Part shown: positions 9,459-20,063 of the stretch, in pieces
How positions within the stretch are numbered: position 1 is the stretch's first letter
How the letters are laid out: each line of letters opens with the position of its first letter
Source of the DNA: Candidatus Eiseniibacteriota bacterium
GTDB lineage: Bacteria; Eisenbacteria; RBG-16-71-46; CAZAMP01
Assembly (NCBI GenBank): GCA_965224245.1
Contig: CBDCYW010000010.1
Coordinates: 1-64,000, forward strand
Length of the DNA: 64,000 nt
Direction: 5' to 3'
Position numbers and translations under genes: made by a program
The notes under the pieces: model-generated
What the model was told of the DNA's origin: nothing
The model's database searches: none
What the model saw: the letters and a program-made list of their open reading frames with translations, nothing else

Positions 9459-11098
9459 CAGAAAACCTCGCGAAGTCCTTCTTCGAAGAAACCACCGGGC
9501 CAGGCCTTCACCAGCTCGCCCCGCTCGTTCAGCGGCATCTGGCGAACGATGCTCTGCTTATCTCTGGGTTCCACGAATAGCACCATGACATCCTCAGGCG
9601 TAACAGGGCGTACACCGTCGGGCAAGCTGCCGTCGGCGGTCTCGCGCATCCGCCGCATGAGACGTAGAAGAAGATGCTCACTGTGCGTTTCAAGTAGAAA
9701 CGTATTCCCACGGCTACCTAGGGCCGATTCAATGAACACGTCCCCAAGTTCCGCTTGTAGCGCTGGGTGAAGGTGGATCTCAGGTTGTTCGATCGCGATA
9801 ATCTGCTCACTCATGCTGAAGGCATTAACAAGAACGGGAAGTGCCTGGCTCACTCCGATGCCCACGTCGCGATGGGTGACTATCGTCTGCGTGCGACGAT
9901 CCATCAGCACAAGCTCCGTGAACCGATCTACATCTGCTTCGCCAAGAATCGTCTTGAAGTTGTCGACCTCGGCGTCCACGTCCTTGATGTACGGGCGGAC
10001 GTTCATGTCCTCTGGGTTTTCTTGGTCCGGCTCGACATCTAGTCCGTCGTGTTCTGCGATCGCCTCGATCGCCTCGTGCAGCGGGCGGTCCAATTGGTCG
10101 AACGCAACGAGATCACGCACGATTACTTCATAGGGAGTACTGAGTCGCTCCGCGGACATGAGCCACGTGTTTACGGCCGACCTGACATCGGGCTCACGAC
10201 GTAGAACGTCCCAGGCATGGCCGCCGCCCGCATGCCAGTTGGGATCGTGATGCGCAGAAAACGCGAGATGCCGCGGTGGATAGGATCGTAATGGTCCAAG
10301 ATACCGGAAGCGACTAATGACTCCGTCAACGGCCGCGGACACACCGCTGATCAGCTCGCGCAACGTTCGCGGAAGAAACATGCGCACGGCCTCCGCGAGG
10401 TCCTTACCCCTATGACCTCTGCTGACGGGAAATAGCAGTGCTTGCGTTGTCTCCTGTTCCGAGGATGTCTGAGTGTCAAGCTGGGGCAAGAAGTTCCGTA
10501 GGTGAACCGACAGATCAGGTATGAGTCCATCAACAGCGTCGTCCATTCCAACGAAATCTTCTTCTCGTACTTCTTCGGTAGTAGTCGTGGACAGCACGAT
10601 CGCTTTGAGTACTTCACGGAAGACAGGATGCGTCTGATCGAGCCGGTCGATCCGAAGGCGGTTCTTTCCCCTAGCGCTCATGCTGAGCAGGGGCGCGCTA
10701 TCGGCGAGGAGCGAGCACGCGACTGCGCCGATACCGAGTCGCGAGTCTTCTCCTATGAAGTACTGCAGCGCCACGCTATTGGCTGGTGCAAGCAGATCGG
10801 AAACCCGCCCCGATAGGTCTGCAGTATCGAGTTCGATCGTCCATTCGACTCGCTGGCTTGCATCCCGGCGATGAACGTACTGACGAAAGCCTCCAAGATC
10901 AATAGACTCGCCACCAATCTCGGTGCGTTGCGTGTCGAGATCGCCGGTAGCAACGGCGTGGTGAGCGAGAGATAGGCTATGAATGATGCTGGACTTTCCT
11001 GCGCTATTTGGCCCGTAGACAAGGGTAAGCGGTCGAACGGGAATCTCTTGTGTCTCCGCGAAGGCCTTGAAGTTACCAATCTGCAGTGAACGAATCAT
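9458..11098 (-). CDS. ABC-type (AAA_15/AAA_21-like) ATPase with DUF3696-like C terminus
   Basis: GPNSAGKSS, VGIGVSQ signature, IEQPEIHLHP, ETHSEH; terminal WPGGFFEE. Confidence 0.85.
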   Translation of the reverse strand: MIRSLQIGNFKAFAETQEIPVRPLTLVYGPNSAGKSSIIHSLSLAHHAVATGDLDTQRTEIGGESIDLGGFRQYVHRRDASQRVEWTIELDTADLSGRVSDLLAPANSVALQYFIGEDSRLGIGAVACSLLADSAPLLSMSARGKNRLRIDRLDQTHPVFREVLKAIVLSTTTTEEVREEDFVGMDDAVDGLIPDLSVHLRNFLPQLDTQTSSEQETTQALLFPVSRGHRGKDLAEAVRMFLPRTLRELISGVSAAVDGVISRFRYLGPLRSYPPRHLAFSAHHDPNWHAGGGHAWDVLRREPDVRSAVNTWLMSAERLSTPYEVIVRDLVAFDQLDRPLHEAIEAIAEHDGLDVEPDQENPEDMNVRPYIKDVDAEVDNFKTILGEADVDRFTELVLMDRRTQTIVTHRDVGIGVSQALPVLVNAFSMSEQIIAIEQPEIHLHPALQAELGDVFIESALGSRGNTFLLETHSEHLLLRLMRRMRETADGSLPDGVRPVTPEDVMVLFVEPRDKQSIVRQMPLNERGELVKAWPGGFFEEGLREVF

Positions 11099-12393
11099 GA
11101 ATGCACCTCCCGGTCGGTGGCGTCGGAAAGCGCGCGTGCCTGCTCATTCATATCCTTTAGCACTTCCTTCATGTGCGCTTCACGCCAGGCGGCGGTCAGT
11201 TCGCCTGCGAACGCTCGGTGCAAGAGAACTGAAAAGAGTTCGGATAGGCGATCGGACGCTCCCTCCTTCTCGCTACGAATACTTTTGAAGTCGCTTAGCA
11301 CGTCGCAGAAACGCTGTTGGAGTTCACGTGGCGGCAGGGGCACAGGGATCTGGCGGAGCCCATCCGTGTTGATGTTGGATTGGCCGGCGGTGGTGCGAAT
11401 GTAGGGTGCCATCGACCTGCGTCCCATGGGCGTGTTGAGCAGGGCGGAGAGAAAACCGGGCTGTACCTCATTCGTGTCGACGCGCACGCGGATTAGGTAA
11501 GATGCAAACGAGTATTCGCGAGGCTCGCCAAAGACGGCACATCTTCCGACGTAATCTGGGTTCCCGTTCGTCCTAACGAAGAGCAGATCACCATGGATCA
11601 GTGAAAAGCGCTCCCGCTCCTTGCCTGACAGCTCGCAGTATTTGAGATCACTGGGGTCAATCTCCCCGCGAATAATGTTTGGGATCCTCAGCACAGGTGT
11701 TCCGACCATGTCTTCATGGCACCTCTTGGATGTGCCATAGCGCAGATTGATTGCCAATGTCCCCAATCGTGATGTCTCCCAGCCCATCGGATTCGTGGCA
11801 GGATCGCCAAACATTCTTGTGTACAAGGCAGTCGGAACACGGGCTGCCGTTGCACTAGCCGCAGCGCGTAGATTGCGCAGCTCGTCGGCCCGGTCAAGGA
11901 TCTCGACAATGCGGCGCTGTTCGGTGGGAGTGGGCAGAGGAATACGCTGTTTGAGATAGGCTCTGTATTCGAGATTCCTAATGCCGGTGGTTTGCTTCTG
12001 GTACTGAAGGGTCCTGCCTGTCACATGAAACCAATGGAGAAACCAGAATAGGAACCGAGGCTCACAGACCTTGGCATCAACTCGGAGCCGTTGACAAAAA
12101 TTGCTGAACGTGTGAGACCGATCATCCCCCGGGAAATAGCGAACTCGCCCAACGGGCTGACGAGGGCTGCCGCCCGAGCGTTCCAGTATGATGTCCCCTG
12201 GTTCCAGCAGTTTGGCATCGCGCTTGGATTCAGGAATAGACCGAAGTGCCAACTTTGAAAGATCCAACGTCACATCGTTGCGGAAGTTCGTTGAACGGAG
12301 AACATTGGTGCCTTTCTCCGTATCTTCTGGTCCCCAGACGCCAGGATCAGCCAACAGAAGCAGTGTGCTTAGTTGTGGGGAGGCCCAAGTCAT
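11095..12393 (-). CDS. hsdS: Type I restriction-modification specificity subunit
   Basis: Two TRDs with IPLPTPTEQRRIVEIL and VPLPPRELQQRF; MFGDPATNPMGW; LLHRAFAGEL. Confidence 0.95.
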   Translation of the reverse strand: MTWASPQLSTLLLLADPGVWGPEDTEKGTNVLRSTNFRNDVTLDLSKLALRSIPESKRDAKLLEPGDIILERSGGSPRQPVGRVRYFPGDDRSHTFSNFCQRLRVDAKVCEPRFLFWFLHWFHVTGRTLQYQKQTTGIRNLEYRAYLKQRIPLPTPTEQRRIVEILDRADELRNLRAAASATAARVPTALYTRMFGDPATNPMGWETSRLGTLAINLRYGTSKRCHEDMVGTPVLRIPNIIRGEIDPSDLKYCELSGKERERFSLIHGDLLFVRTNGNPDYVGRCAVFGEPREYSFASYLIRVRVDTNEVQPGFLSALLNTPMGRRSMAPYIRTTAGQSNINTDGLRQIPVPLPPRELQQRFCDVLSDFKSIRSEKEGASDRLSELFSVLLHRAFAGELTAAWREAHMKEVLKDMNEQARALSDATDREVHS

Positions 12394-14048
12394 CCCGTCG
12401 CCTCCACATCCTTCAGGAGCTTCGATAGCCGTTTCTGGATCGTGCTCTCCATTGCGAGCAGATCTCGGATTAAGTCGGTTGGATCGTCATCGGGCACATC
12501 TTGACCCACGCGAGGCCTGTAGGTGCCAGCGGAGAGATTGTAATCGTTGTTCGCTATGGTCTTGAGGTTGGCCCACCAGCCGGAGGGAGTATCGCTCCCT
12601 GGCTCAAGGACCGTGTTGGCCTCGACGCCCGGTGCCGCTTTGAAGCCAGAGCTCCTGTATGCGGACCACTGCTGCAGAAGGCGGGGGATGTCGTTGTGAT
12701 CCGGTGTCTCGGGCCGACCGCCGGCCTGAATCTTGTCTGGGTCGTAGCCGTCGTTTGTGACCCCATAGAACCACACTCTTGGCACCGACGGCCTCTTGCC
12801 CTCGTGCGGTCTCCGAAAAACAAGCACAGCAGTCTTGACGCCAGCGTAGGGTTTGAAAACACCGACAGGTAGAGATACAACCGCCAACAGCTCAAAGTCG
12901 TCGATGAGCTTGCGACGAAGCTCAACATGGCCTTTAGTTGAGCCGAACAACAATCCCTCTGGTACGACTACCGCGCACCGTCCGCCTGGAGCGAGAGCAC
13001 GCATCATCACGCCAAGGAATAGCAGCTCACTCTTCTTGGACCTAGTAGGGAGGTCCTGGCGGATAGACTCCTTTGGAAGCTGTCCTGCGAACGGAGGATT
13101 GGAAAGAATCACCTTATAGCGTCGATTGAGGTCATCTTCGGTTAGTCCTCCGATCTCAGAAAGAGTGTTTGCGCGCTTCAGGTTGGCATGGCGGATCCCG
13201 TGCAACACCAAGTTCATCATCGCAATGCGCATGAGCTGGCGCGACACGTCTGTGCCGTGGATCGAAGCTTCGAGAACACTCCAGTCTGGGATTCGCTCCC
13301 CGGCACCCTTGCTATAGGTCTGCAGGTTTGGAATGGCGAGTCTTGCCTCGTCAAGCGTCTCACCGCGCTTCTCAAGCCAGTCCTCGCCGTAGATTGGCAC
13401 GTGTTCAGGGCTCTCGCTGTACTTTGCCAGCATGTAGTCCACAGCATCGATCAGGAAGCCCCCAGTGCCACACGCAGGATCGTAGATGGTATCGCCGAGG
13501 TCCGGATCGACCATCTCCACCATGAACGCACGGATCTGACGTGGCGTTCTGAACTGACCATTCAACGCCGATTGACCTAGGTGCGTTAGCAAGTACTCGA
13601 AGACATCGCCCTTGACGTCCGGTCCGAGCTTCTTGAACTCGATGGTGTCGAGTTCGTCGATGACCTGCTTGAGAACCGCTGGATCGACAATCTCGAGAAC
13701 AGCTTCCCGAAAGTACTCAGCGACACGAGGCGCATCCTTGACGAGAGATGCCATGTACGCGAAGACCTCATCCCGCAAGAAGTCCCGCAGATCGTACCCA
13801 CTCTTATATTTCCATTTGGACCAACGATAGCGCGACGACTGCTTCGGAAACAGCAAACTCCCATTGCCGGCTGACGAGGTCTCGCCGACAAGCCGCCCAC
13901 GCAATTCTCGGTCTGACTCCTCTTCATCAAGCAGCTTCAAGAAGATGAGATATGAGATTTGCTCAATGTAGGTCACCGGATTAGTCACGCCGCCGGCCCA
14001 GAGAATATCCGTGATCCGCTTGAGTTTGCGCCGAATGTCGTGGTCCAT
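12390..14048 (-). CDS. hsdM: Type I RM m6A methyltransferase subunit
   Basis: GQFRTPR, DPACGTGGFL, NPPF catalytic motif; ATG at 14048. Confidence 0.95.
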   Translation of the reverse strand: MDHDIRRKLKRITDILWAGGVTNPVTYIEQISYLIFLKLLDEEESDRELRGRLVGETSSAGNGSLLFPKQSSRYRWSKWKYKSGYDLRDFLRDEVFAYMASLVKDAPRVAEYFREAVLEIVDPAVLKQVIDELDTIEFKKLGPDVKGDVFEYLLTHLGQSALNGQFRTPRQIRAFMVEMVDPDLGDTIYDPACGTGGFLIDAVDYMLAKYSESPEHVPIYGEDWLEKRGETLDEARLAIPNLQTYSKGAGERIPDWSVLEASIHGTDVSRQLMRIAMMNLVLHGIRHANLKRANTLSEIGGLTEDDLNRRYKVILSNPPFAGQLPKESIRQDLPTRSKKSELLFLGVMMRALAPGGRCAVVVPEGLLFGSTKGHVELRRKLIDDFELLAVVSLPVGVFKPYAGVKTAVLVFRRPHEGKRPSVPRVWFYGVTNDGYDPDKIQAGGRPETPDHNDIPRLLQQWSAYRSSGFKAAPGVEANTVLEPGSDTPSGWWANLKTIANNDYNLSAGTYRPRVGQDVPDDDPTDLIRDLLAMESTIQKRLSKLLKDVEATG

Positions 14049-14055
14049 GAGCGTC

Positions 14056-16320
14056 CTATCCTCGATATGTGGCGAAAACATTCTCGTTAAGGTCGTCGAC
14101 GATGCGCTTCAATCCGTCTTCCCCAAAAAGCTCGACGCCCAGGCCCGCTGCGTTAAGTATCGACAGAGGCGGTTTAAACAGATCGTCTACTGCAAGCTGC
14201 CCCCGTGCGATTCCTCGATTTTTCAGCAAGGCGAGATACTGGGCCTGCTCGGGTGTGAGCGAGCGCGTGACGAGCCAAGCGCGAAAGTTTTCGTCAAGCT
14301 GCTCCTCTCGGCTCTTCACCTTGATCAACCCGAGTGCCGCGCGGACAAAGTCGACCAGCGTGCCCCCTGGGTTGCGATAGGCTCGACGCAGGTTCTCCTC
14401 GTTGAAGTAGTGCTCGGGCTGATTAAGTCGACGTGCGAGATGGTCCTCTTCTTCGGGCGTGAGAGGTTCTTCAGCTTTGACCTTGCGCAGCGTAGGATCA
14501 TCGACCGCCTGACCCTGAATCGTCTTTTCCCAGTTCGTGACGTAGTCCCGCTTGTCTACTCTCTCACCATCAGGACCTACTTCGACGTAGGTGACTGCTT
14601 CGAGCCATTCGTCCTCGAGGCCGAGCTCGACGAGGTCACGAGGTGACGTTGGGGCTTTGGGCTTCGCGGTAGGCGCGTGGCCGCTTCCGGTCCCCGTGAA
14701 AATGTCGGTGTCGCTGTCGTTGAAATACTCGTGGTTCTTGAAGAAGTCGTATATGACGAACTTCTGCTTGTCGATGTGGGGGGCGGTGCGTGTTCCCCGC
14801 CCTCTCATCTGCTGGTACAGAATCGGACTTCGCACTCGACGAGCCATAACCAAGTGGAGTACTTCACGGCAATCGAAGCCGGTGTCCAGCATACCGACGC
14901 TTACGGCAACCTGCGGATACTTCTCCTGCTTGAAACGGCGGATGGCGTCATCAGCGTCCGGCACGTCACTCGTAATGACTTCGGCGTAGCGGCCCTTCTG
15001 CTCGGGGTGTAGTTCGTTGAGGTAACTCGCCAGCCGGGACGCGTGATGCTTGGTAATAGCAAAAACAATGGTCTTGCCAGGGGCTACGTCCTGCTTAGGC
15101 GCGAGTTCTAGGTAGTGTTCGTGCGCCAGACGATCGAACTCCTCCATCATCAGACGGTTCGTCTTCTCGTTCGTCCACTTGCGTTCGAACTCCGCAGGGT
15201 CGTAGTGCTCCTCCTCTACGTCAGCGCCCTCAGCGATGATCTCGGTGATGCCCGTGGCGAAACGATAGGGCGCGAGGTATCCCTCCTGGAACGCGTCATG
15301 GATCGGGTAGCTGAAGTCGGGCTGCCCATCCTTGCAGTGGTAGAACTCGAACGTGTTTCGTTCAATGTAGGCCGCAGGTGTAGCGGTGAGGCCGATGTGC
15401 AGGGCATCGAAGTGCGTCAACGCAACTTGCCACGCACCATAGATCGATCGATGAGACTCGTCTGCTATGACGACGTCGAAGTAGCCGCTTGTGTAGTCCT
15501 GGTAACGTCCGATCATTGTCTGGAGGAGGCAGACCGTGATCTGCTGCTCCTGTTTCTGCACACCAGGACGAAGCCAGTAGCTGGGATGGCTGGCGAGAAC
15601 GTCCTGGAGCGCGCCGACTGCCTGTTTGGCGAGCTGATCCCGATCAACGAGAAACAAAATCCGCTCGGCCCGGCCTGCTTCGATCAACCGCTTCAGATAG
15701 AGACAGATGAGATCCGTCTTTCCGGTCCCCGTGGGCAGCTCGATCAGGAAACGACGTTTGCCTAGCTCAACTGCCTGATCGAGGGCACGCATCGCGTCCT
15801 GCTGGTAGCTGCGGACTGTCCGGGTCTCACCCTGTCGAACGTAGTGCTCGGGGATCGCGATCTCCGCGAGCGCCCGTCGAGTGGCTCGCATCTCAACGAG
15901 ACGCTCGAGGTCTCGGCGCGAGAAGAACGAGTTGACGATGCGAGCATCGTCATTCTGGTAGTCCCAGAAGTAGATGAGTTCGCCGTTGGTGAGGAAGATG
16001 AACGGCGCATCAATCTGCTTTGCGTAGGGAAGTGCCTGCTGCTTGGCGATGTAGGGATGCGTGGCCTGACGCTTGGCTTCGATCACTGCGAGTGGGCGGC
16101 CGTCCTGCGAGTAGAGGACGTAATCGGCCCGTCCGCTAGTGTCCCGTGTAACGCCTTCATAGGCACCTTCGACTTCGGCAACCCGCTCTGCGCCAGCGTG
16201 TCGACGATGCACGACCACTTCGGTGCCAACCTGAGATTTGTCTGCAGGGTCCCAGCCGGCGGCACGCAGCGCGTCATCGATTACGATGCGCGCATCAGCT
16301 TCTGTTCTACCTTGTGTCAT
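14056..16320 (-). CDS. hsdR: Type I RM restriction subunit (EcoAI/EcoEI-like)
   Basis: RADY..VIEAKR nuclease motif, PTGTGKT, DESHR, LTATP, QMRGRGTR. Confidence 0.95.
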   Translation of the reverse strand: MTQGRTEADARIVIDDALRAAGWDPADKSQVGTEVVVHRRHAGAERVAEVEGAYEGVTRDTSGRADYVLYSQDGRPLAVIEAKRQATHPYIAKQQALPYAKQIDAPFIFLTNGELIYFWDYQNDDARIVNSFFSRRDLERLVEMRATRRALAEIAIPEHYVRQGETRTVRSYQQDAMRALDQAVELGKRRFLIELPTGTGKTDLICLYLKRLIEAGRAERILFLVDRDQLAKQAVGALQDVLASHPSYWLRPGVQKQEQQITVCLLQTMIGRYQDYTSGYFDVVIADESHRSIYGAWQVALTHFDALHIGLTATPAAYIERNTFEFYHCKDGQPDFSYPIHDAFQEGYLAPYRFATGITEIIAEGADVEEEHYDPAEFERKWTNEKTNRLMMEEFDRLAHEHYLELAPKQDVAPGKTIVFAITKHHASRLASYLNELHPEQKGRYAEVITSDVPDADDAIRRFKQEKYPQVAVSVGMLDTGFDCREVLHLVMARRVRSPILYQQMRGRGTRTAPHIDKQKFVIYDFFKNHEYFNDSDTDIFTGTGSGHAPTAKPKAPTSPRDLVELGLEDEWLEAVTYVEVGPDGERVDKRDYVTNWEKTIQGQAVDDPTLRKVKAEEPLTPEEEDHLARRLNQPEHYFNEENLRRAYRNPGGTLVDFVRAALGLIKVKSREEQLDENFRAWLVTRSLTPEQAQYLALLKNRGIARGQLAVDDLFKPPLSILNAAGLGVELFGEDGLKRIVDDLNENVFATYRG

Positions 16321-16344
16321 AGTGGAGTCTCCAAGTAGAACCCC

Positions 16345-17865
16345 TTACGCAGTTTTGGTGCCAGCTCGAATCCCATATTTCTTCATCCAATTTGTGAACG
16401 TCTGATAGCTTGCAAGGCCAACGAGTTCGGCGGCGCGAGTCTTGTTGCCTCCGGCCTCGTCGAGTGCCCTAGTCATGTAGTGACGAGCTACATCACTCAA
16501 GAGGTCAGGCAAGCTAAGCTCTTCTCCCAAAGGGCGATTGAGCACGTCGGTATCGCTCGACGTCGGGGGCGGCATCATCGCTTCACGGATGTCCTCGACC
16601 GTGAGCGTTTCGTCTTCAGACCAAATCGCAGCGCGTCGCAGCGTGTTCTGAAGCTCGCGAACATTCCCTGGCCAGGAGTAGTTGAGAAGAAGATTCTTTG
16701 CGCCCGCAGAAAGCTTCTTCTGTCTGTAGCCGGGTTCGCTGCTGCTCTCCTCATTCACCTGCTTCAGTATGTGGTCGACCAGCAGGCTGAGGTCGCCGGC
16801 GCGTTCGCGCACTGGCGGGACCTTGAGGACAGCGACGGCCAGCCTATAATATAGGTCCTCCCGAAAGCGCCCGGCGGAGACCTCATCGGTTAAAGTCCGG
16901 TTGGTAGCCGCGACGATGCGCACGTCCACTTTGATCGGTTGTGTTGACCCAAGGCGGACGATCTCGCCCTCCTGCAGCGCCCGCAGCAGTTTGACCTGCG
17001 CCGGCAAGGGCAGTTCTCCGATCTCATCCAGGAACAGAGACCCTTTATCCGCAGACTCGAAATAGCCTTTCCGTGCCTGGGTCGCGCCGGTAAATGCTCC
17101 ACGTTCGTGGCCAAAGAGTTGGGATTCGATGAGGTCCGCAGGGATGGCCCCGCAGTTCAGCGCCACGAACGGCTGCGCCGCACGGGTACTGGCCCGGTGG
17201 ATCGCTCTCGCAAAGAGTTCCTTCCCTGTACCGGATTCTCCCTCTATTAGAACGGGAACGTTGCGAGCTGCGACTCGCCGGCCACGGTCGATCACTCGGG
17301 ACATCGCACGGCTCCGGTGGACGATGTCATCGAACTCCGGTGCATCGGGGGGCTCGGCCCCGCTCAAGCGCCGGAGCTTCTCGTCCTGTTCTCTGAGTAG
17401 GTCGGGGATAAAGTCTGCTGAGATGTCGAATGGAACAGACGCCGTTCGAACGCCGTGCTCCCGTGAGGACTCGATCAGTTCCGCGGGGTATCGCGTCTTG
17501 GCCAGGATTACCCAGACGGCGGCCATGGCCGGGGTACCGGGGCTCAGGTGGAACACAAGCTCGGTGCTGTCCCGCTGGCCGTCGAGGGCAGCTTCACAGG
17601 ACCGGACGGCGGCCTCGTAGATCTCCCCGAAATTGGTAGGGCCGGACAGCTTCTCCTCGATGATCGTGACCTTCACCGTCGTGCGGGTCTCAAGCCACTC
17701 CAGATACGGCTTGACCCGAGTTGAAGGGTAGTCGGAGACGAGGTAGACCTCGTCGAAGCTCCGACCTTCGAGGGCCTGGGCTATGGGACCAATGCCAACC
17801 GTGTCCGTTTCCGTCGGCGCACGGAGGTCGGTGGCCCCGATCCAGCTCACGAGTACGGTCCTCAT
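16345..17865 (-). CDS. Sigma54-dependent activator (bEBP) with RtcR-like/CARF-like N-terminal domain and Fis-type HTH
   Basis: [14 protein letters not shown] and [10 protein letters not shown] domain; GESGTGKE, intact [22 protein letters not shown]-terminal [12 protein letters not shown]. Confidence 0.9.
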   Translation of the reverse strand: MRTVLVSWIGATDLRAPTETDTVGIGPIAQALEGRSFDEVYLVSDYPSTRVKPYLEWLETRTTVKVTIIEEKLSGPTNFGEIYEAAVRSCEAALDGQRDSTELVFHLSPGTPAMAAVWVILAKTRYPAELIESSREHGVRTASVPFDISADFIPDLLREQDEKLRRLSGAEPPDAPEFDDIVHRSRAMSRVIDRGRRVAARNVPVLIEGESGTGKELFARAIHRASTRAAQPFVALNCGAIPADLIESQLFGHERGAFTGATQARKGYFESADKGSLFLDEIGELPLPAQVKLLRALQEGEIVRLGSTQPIKVDVRIVAATNRTLTDEVSAGRFREDLYYRLAVAVLKVPPVRERAGDLSLLVDHILKQVNEESSSEPGYRQKKLSAGAKNLLLNYSWPGNVRELQNTLRRAAIWSEDETLTVEDIREAMMPPPTSSDTDVLNRPLGEELSLPDLLSDVARHYMTRALDEAGGNKTRAAELVGLASYQTFTNWMKKYGIRAGTKTA

Positions 17866-17977
17866 TCTCAAAGGGAATACAACGAATCGTGTGTAAAACA
17901 CAAGAACTTTTGTGGCACTACTCCCTTCGGGTCGCGCTAACACACTGCAATATAGTGAGATGCAAGATGCCACCATT

Positions 17978-17992
17978 TGGCACGATTGCTGC
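17978..17992 (+). promoter_or_regulatory. Sigma54 (-24/-12) promoter
   Basis: TGGCACGATTGCTGC: GG-N10-GC with a full TGGCACG -24 box, divergent from the bEBP gene. Confidence 0.75.
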
Positions 17993-18008
17993 GATATGAG
18001 TGGACATC

Positions 18009-19715
18009 ATGGCAACGAACCCTCAGAATCAGCTCAGGAGCCTCGTGGAAGTCTCGGAGGAAGCTGTCTCCGCCGAGATCTTGGATCCGAGACCAAACTC
18101 GATCTCGATGTTCGAGGACCTGACAGAGCCCCAACGCCAGCAGCTGGCGACCGACGCCTGGTCGATTGGGCTTCGAGCTCTGGCGAACGCACATGCCCAA
18201 GCGCAGGAAGCTCGTCTCCAGGACGTCGGAAAGACGCTCCTTGACGACGTCGACCGGCTGCTCAAGGGCCACGTCGATTCGCAGCAGCAGATCATCGCAA
18301 CGGTTCTGTCGAAGTACTTCGATCCCAACGACGGCCAGGTTGCTGAACGCTTGGGCGCGTTCATGAACGACGAAGGTGTGCTGGCCCGGTTGCTCGAGAA
18401 GTATCTCGGGGATGACGGGAGCGTTCTGGCTCAGACACTTGCTCGTCAGGTAGGGGAGCAAAGCGAGCTGTTCAAGAAGCTGAGTCCTACCGATAGCGAG
18501 GGGCTCGTGAAGATACTCGAAGCACAGTTTCGCAGCGTGCTGAATGACGGCCATGCCGAACTGCTTCGAGCACTCGACCCGCTGGCCGAGAATGGTGCGG
18601 TTGCCCGTTTTCTCAAGAGCCTTCGCGAGGACCTCGCGACTGCGGACGAGGACCGAGCCAAGCAACTGCAGAAGGCGTTGGCCGCCCTCGACGCCAACGA
18701 CGACAACTCCCTCATTAGTCGGATGATGAGGGAAACAGCGACGGCCAGGCAGTCAGTACTTGAAGCGGTGAACCCAGAGTCACCCGATTCGCCAATGGCA
18801 ATGATGAAGGCCTCACTCACGGAGCTACTGAAGGACTACGCCAAGACACAGCAGGAGGCGCTCGAACTCCAGCGGCAGCGCCAGGAGAAATTCGAAAGCG
18901 ATGTGCGCGAGGCTCTCGGTCGACTGGAAGGTCGGCGCGATGAGACAGCGGTCAGCCCACGGGGTGGATTAAATTTTCAAGACGCGGTCACCGCCTTCGT
19001 GTCGAACGCGGTTCAGGGCGCGCCATGCACGGTTGAAGACACTGGGAACACCACGGGCACACGGGCTCGATGCAAGGTCGGTGACTTGGTCGCACGATTT
19101 ACGGAAGAGAGCGCATTTGCCGGTCAGGGCGTCGTTTTCGAATCAAAACGAGATGCTTCATACACGACGCAGAAGGCACTCGAAGAGCTCGACGTCGCTC
19201 GCGCAAACCGAAACGCATCAGCCGGGGTGTTCGTCATGGCGAAATCACATGCGCCTGCCGGATTCCCTCTGTTCGCGAGGCACGGTCGTAACGTCATCGT
19301 CACGTGGGACGATCAGGATGCGACCACAGATCCATACCTGCATGCGGGCGTTCTCCTCGGTATCGCGCTCGTTACCAGGGCAAAGTCCGTCGGTGACGAG
19401 GGCGACCTGGAAGCGCTTCGAGACATCGAAGGCCGCATCGAATCCGAGCTGAGTCGCCTCGATAAGATGCGCAAGAGCAATGATTCGATCCGCAAGAACT
19501 CCGACACGATCGGCGAGGAGATCAGGAAGGCCGAGAATGCGCTCGACCTCCTCCTCCGGAAGGCAAAGAGCACGCTTACGGCCCTCAATGTGGAACTCAC
19601 GGAGGAAGCGGAAGAACGCGTGACGCCGATCTCATTCGACGAAGACGCGCTCGGTAATGTGCGTAACGCGACCGACGACTCGCCCCCAGCGACTGGGACG
19701 GATTTGACCGCGTGA
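18009..19715 (+). CDS. Coiled-coil protein with RmuC/DUF2130-like PD-(D/E)xK domain
   Basis: Long helical N-terminal part; G.NFQDAV...GDLV...VVFESKRD motif; C-terminal coiled coil. Start at 18000, 18009 or 18108. Confidence 0.7.
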   Translation: MATNPQNQLRSLVEVSEEAVSAEILDPRPNSISMFEDLTEPQRQQLATDAWSIGLRALANAHAQAQEARLQDVGKTLLDDVDRLLKGHVDSQQQIIATVLSKYFDPNDGQVAERLGAFMNDEGVLARLLEKYLGDDGSVLAQTLARQVGEQSELFKKLSPTDSEGLVKILEAQFRSVLNDGHAELLRALDPLAENGAVARFLKSLREDLATADEDRAKQLQKALAALDANDDNSLISRMMRETATARQSVLEAVNPESPDSPMAMMKASLTELLKDYAKTQQEALELQRQRQEKFESDVREALGRLEGRRDETAVSPRGGLNFQDAVTAFVSNAVQGAPCTVEDTGNTTGTRARCKVGDLVARFTEESAFAGQGVVFESKRDASYTTQKALEELDVARANRNASAGVFVMAKSHAPAGFPLFARHGRNVIVTWDDQDATTDPYLHAGVLLGIALVTRAKSVGDEGDLEALRDIEGRIESELSRLDKMRKSNDSIRKNSDTIGEEIRKAENALDLLLRKAKSTLTALNVELTEEAEERVTPISFDEDALGNVRNATDDSPPATGTDLTA

Positions 19716-19782
19716 GAGGGGCTGATACGCTGAGTGCAACGCCTGCAGACAGTGCGGGTTGTGGATGGGAGGTGAATCGTGC

Positions 19783-19977
19783 ATGACGGACATAGCCTTT
19801 GTTGCATACAGTGTTACAGAACATCGGGGTTGCACCAAGCTAGCGGAATCCCGCTGGGTGCGCGTGGGCGTCGCCTTCGAGGACGACGACTCCAGCCTTA
19901 CGCTCTATCTGGATGCGACGCCACTGTCAGGGAAACTTGTCTTGCGGCGGCCAGAGAAGGAAAAGGCACACATTTGA
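19783..19977 (+). CDS. Small conserved-looking beta-rich protein
   Basis: RBS GGAGG; WVRVGVAFEDDDSSLTLYLDATPLSGKLVLR resembles small mobile-element proteins. Confidence 0.6.
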   Translation: MTDIAFVAYSVTEHRGCTKLAESRWVRVGVAFEDDDSSLTLYLDATPLSGKLVLRRPEKEKAHI

Positions 19978-20063
19978 TCCTTCGTCTGTGAGAAGTGCGC
20001 TCCGCTAGGGAGTGGGCGGAGGTGGGCCAGGCTTTTTGGACCGAGATGAGACCAGGAGCGAGT

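Noticed and set aside
17913-17927. Second TGGCAC as a sigma54 promoter
   Set aside because: No GC at the -12 position.
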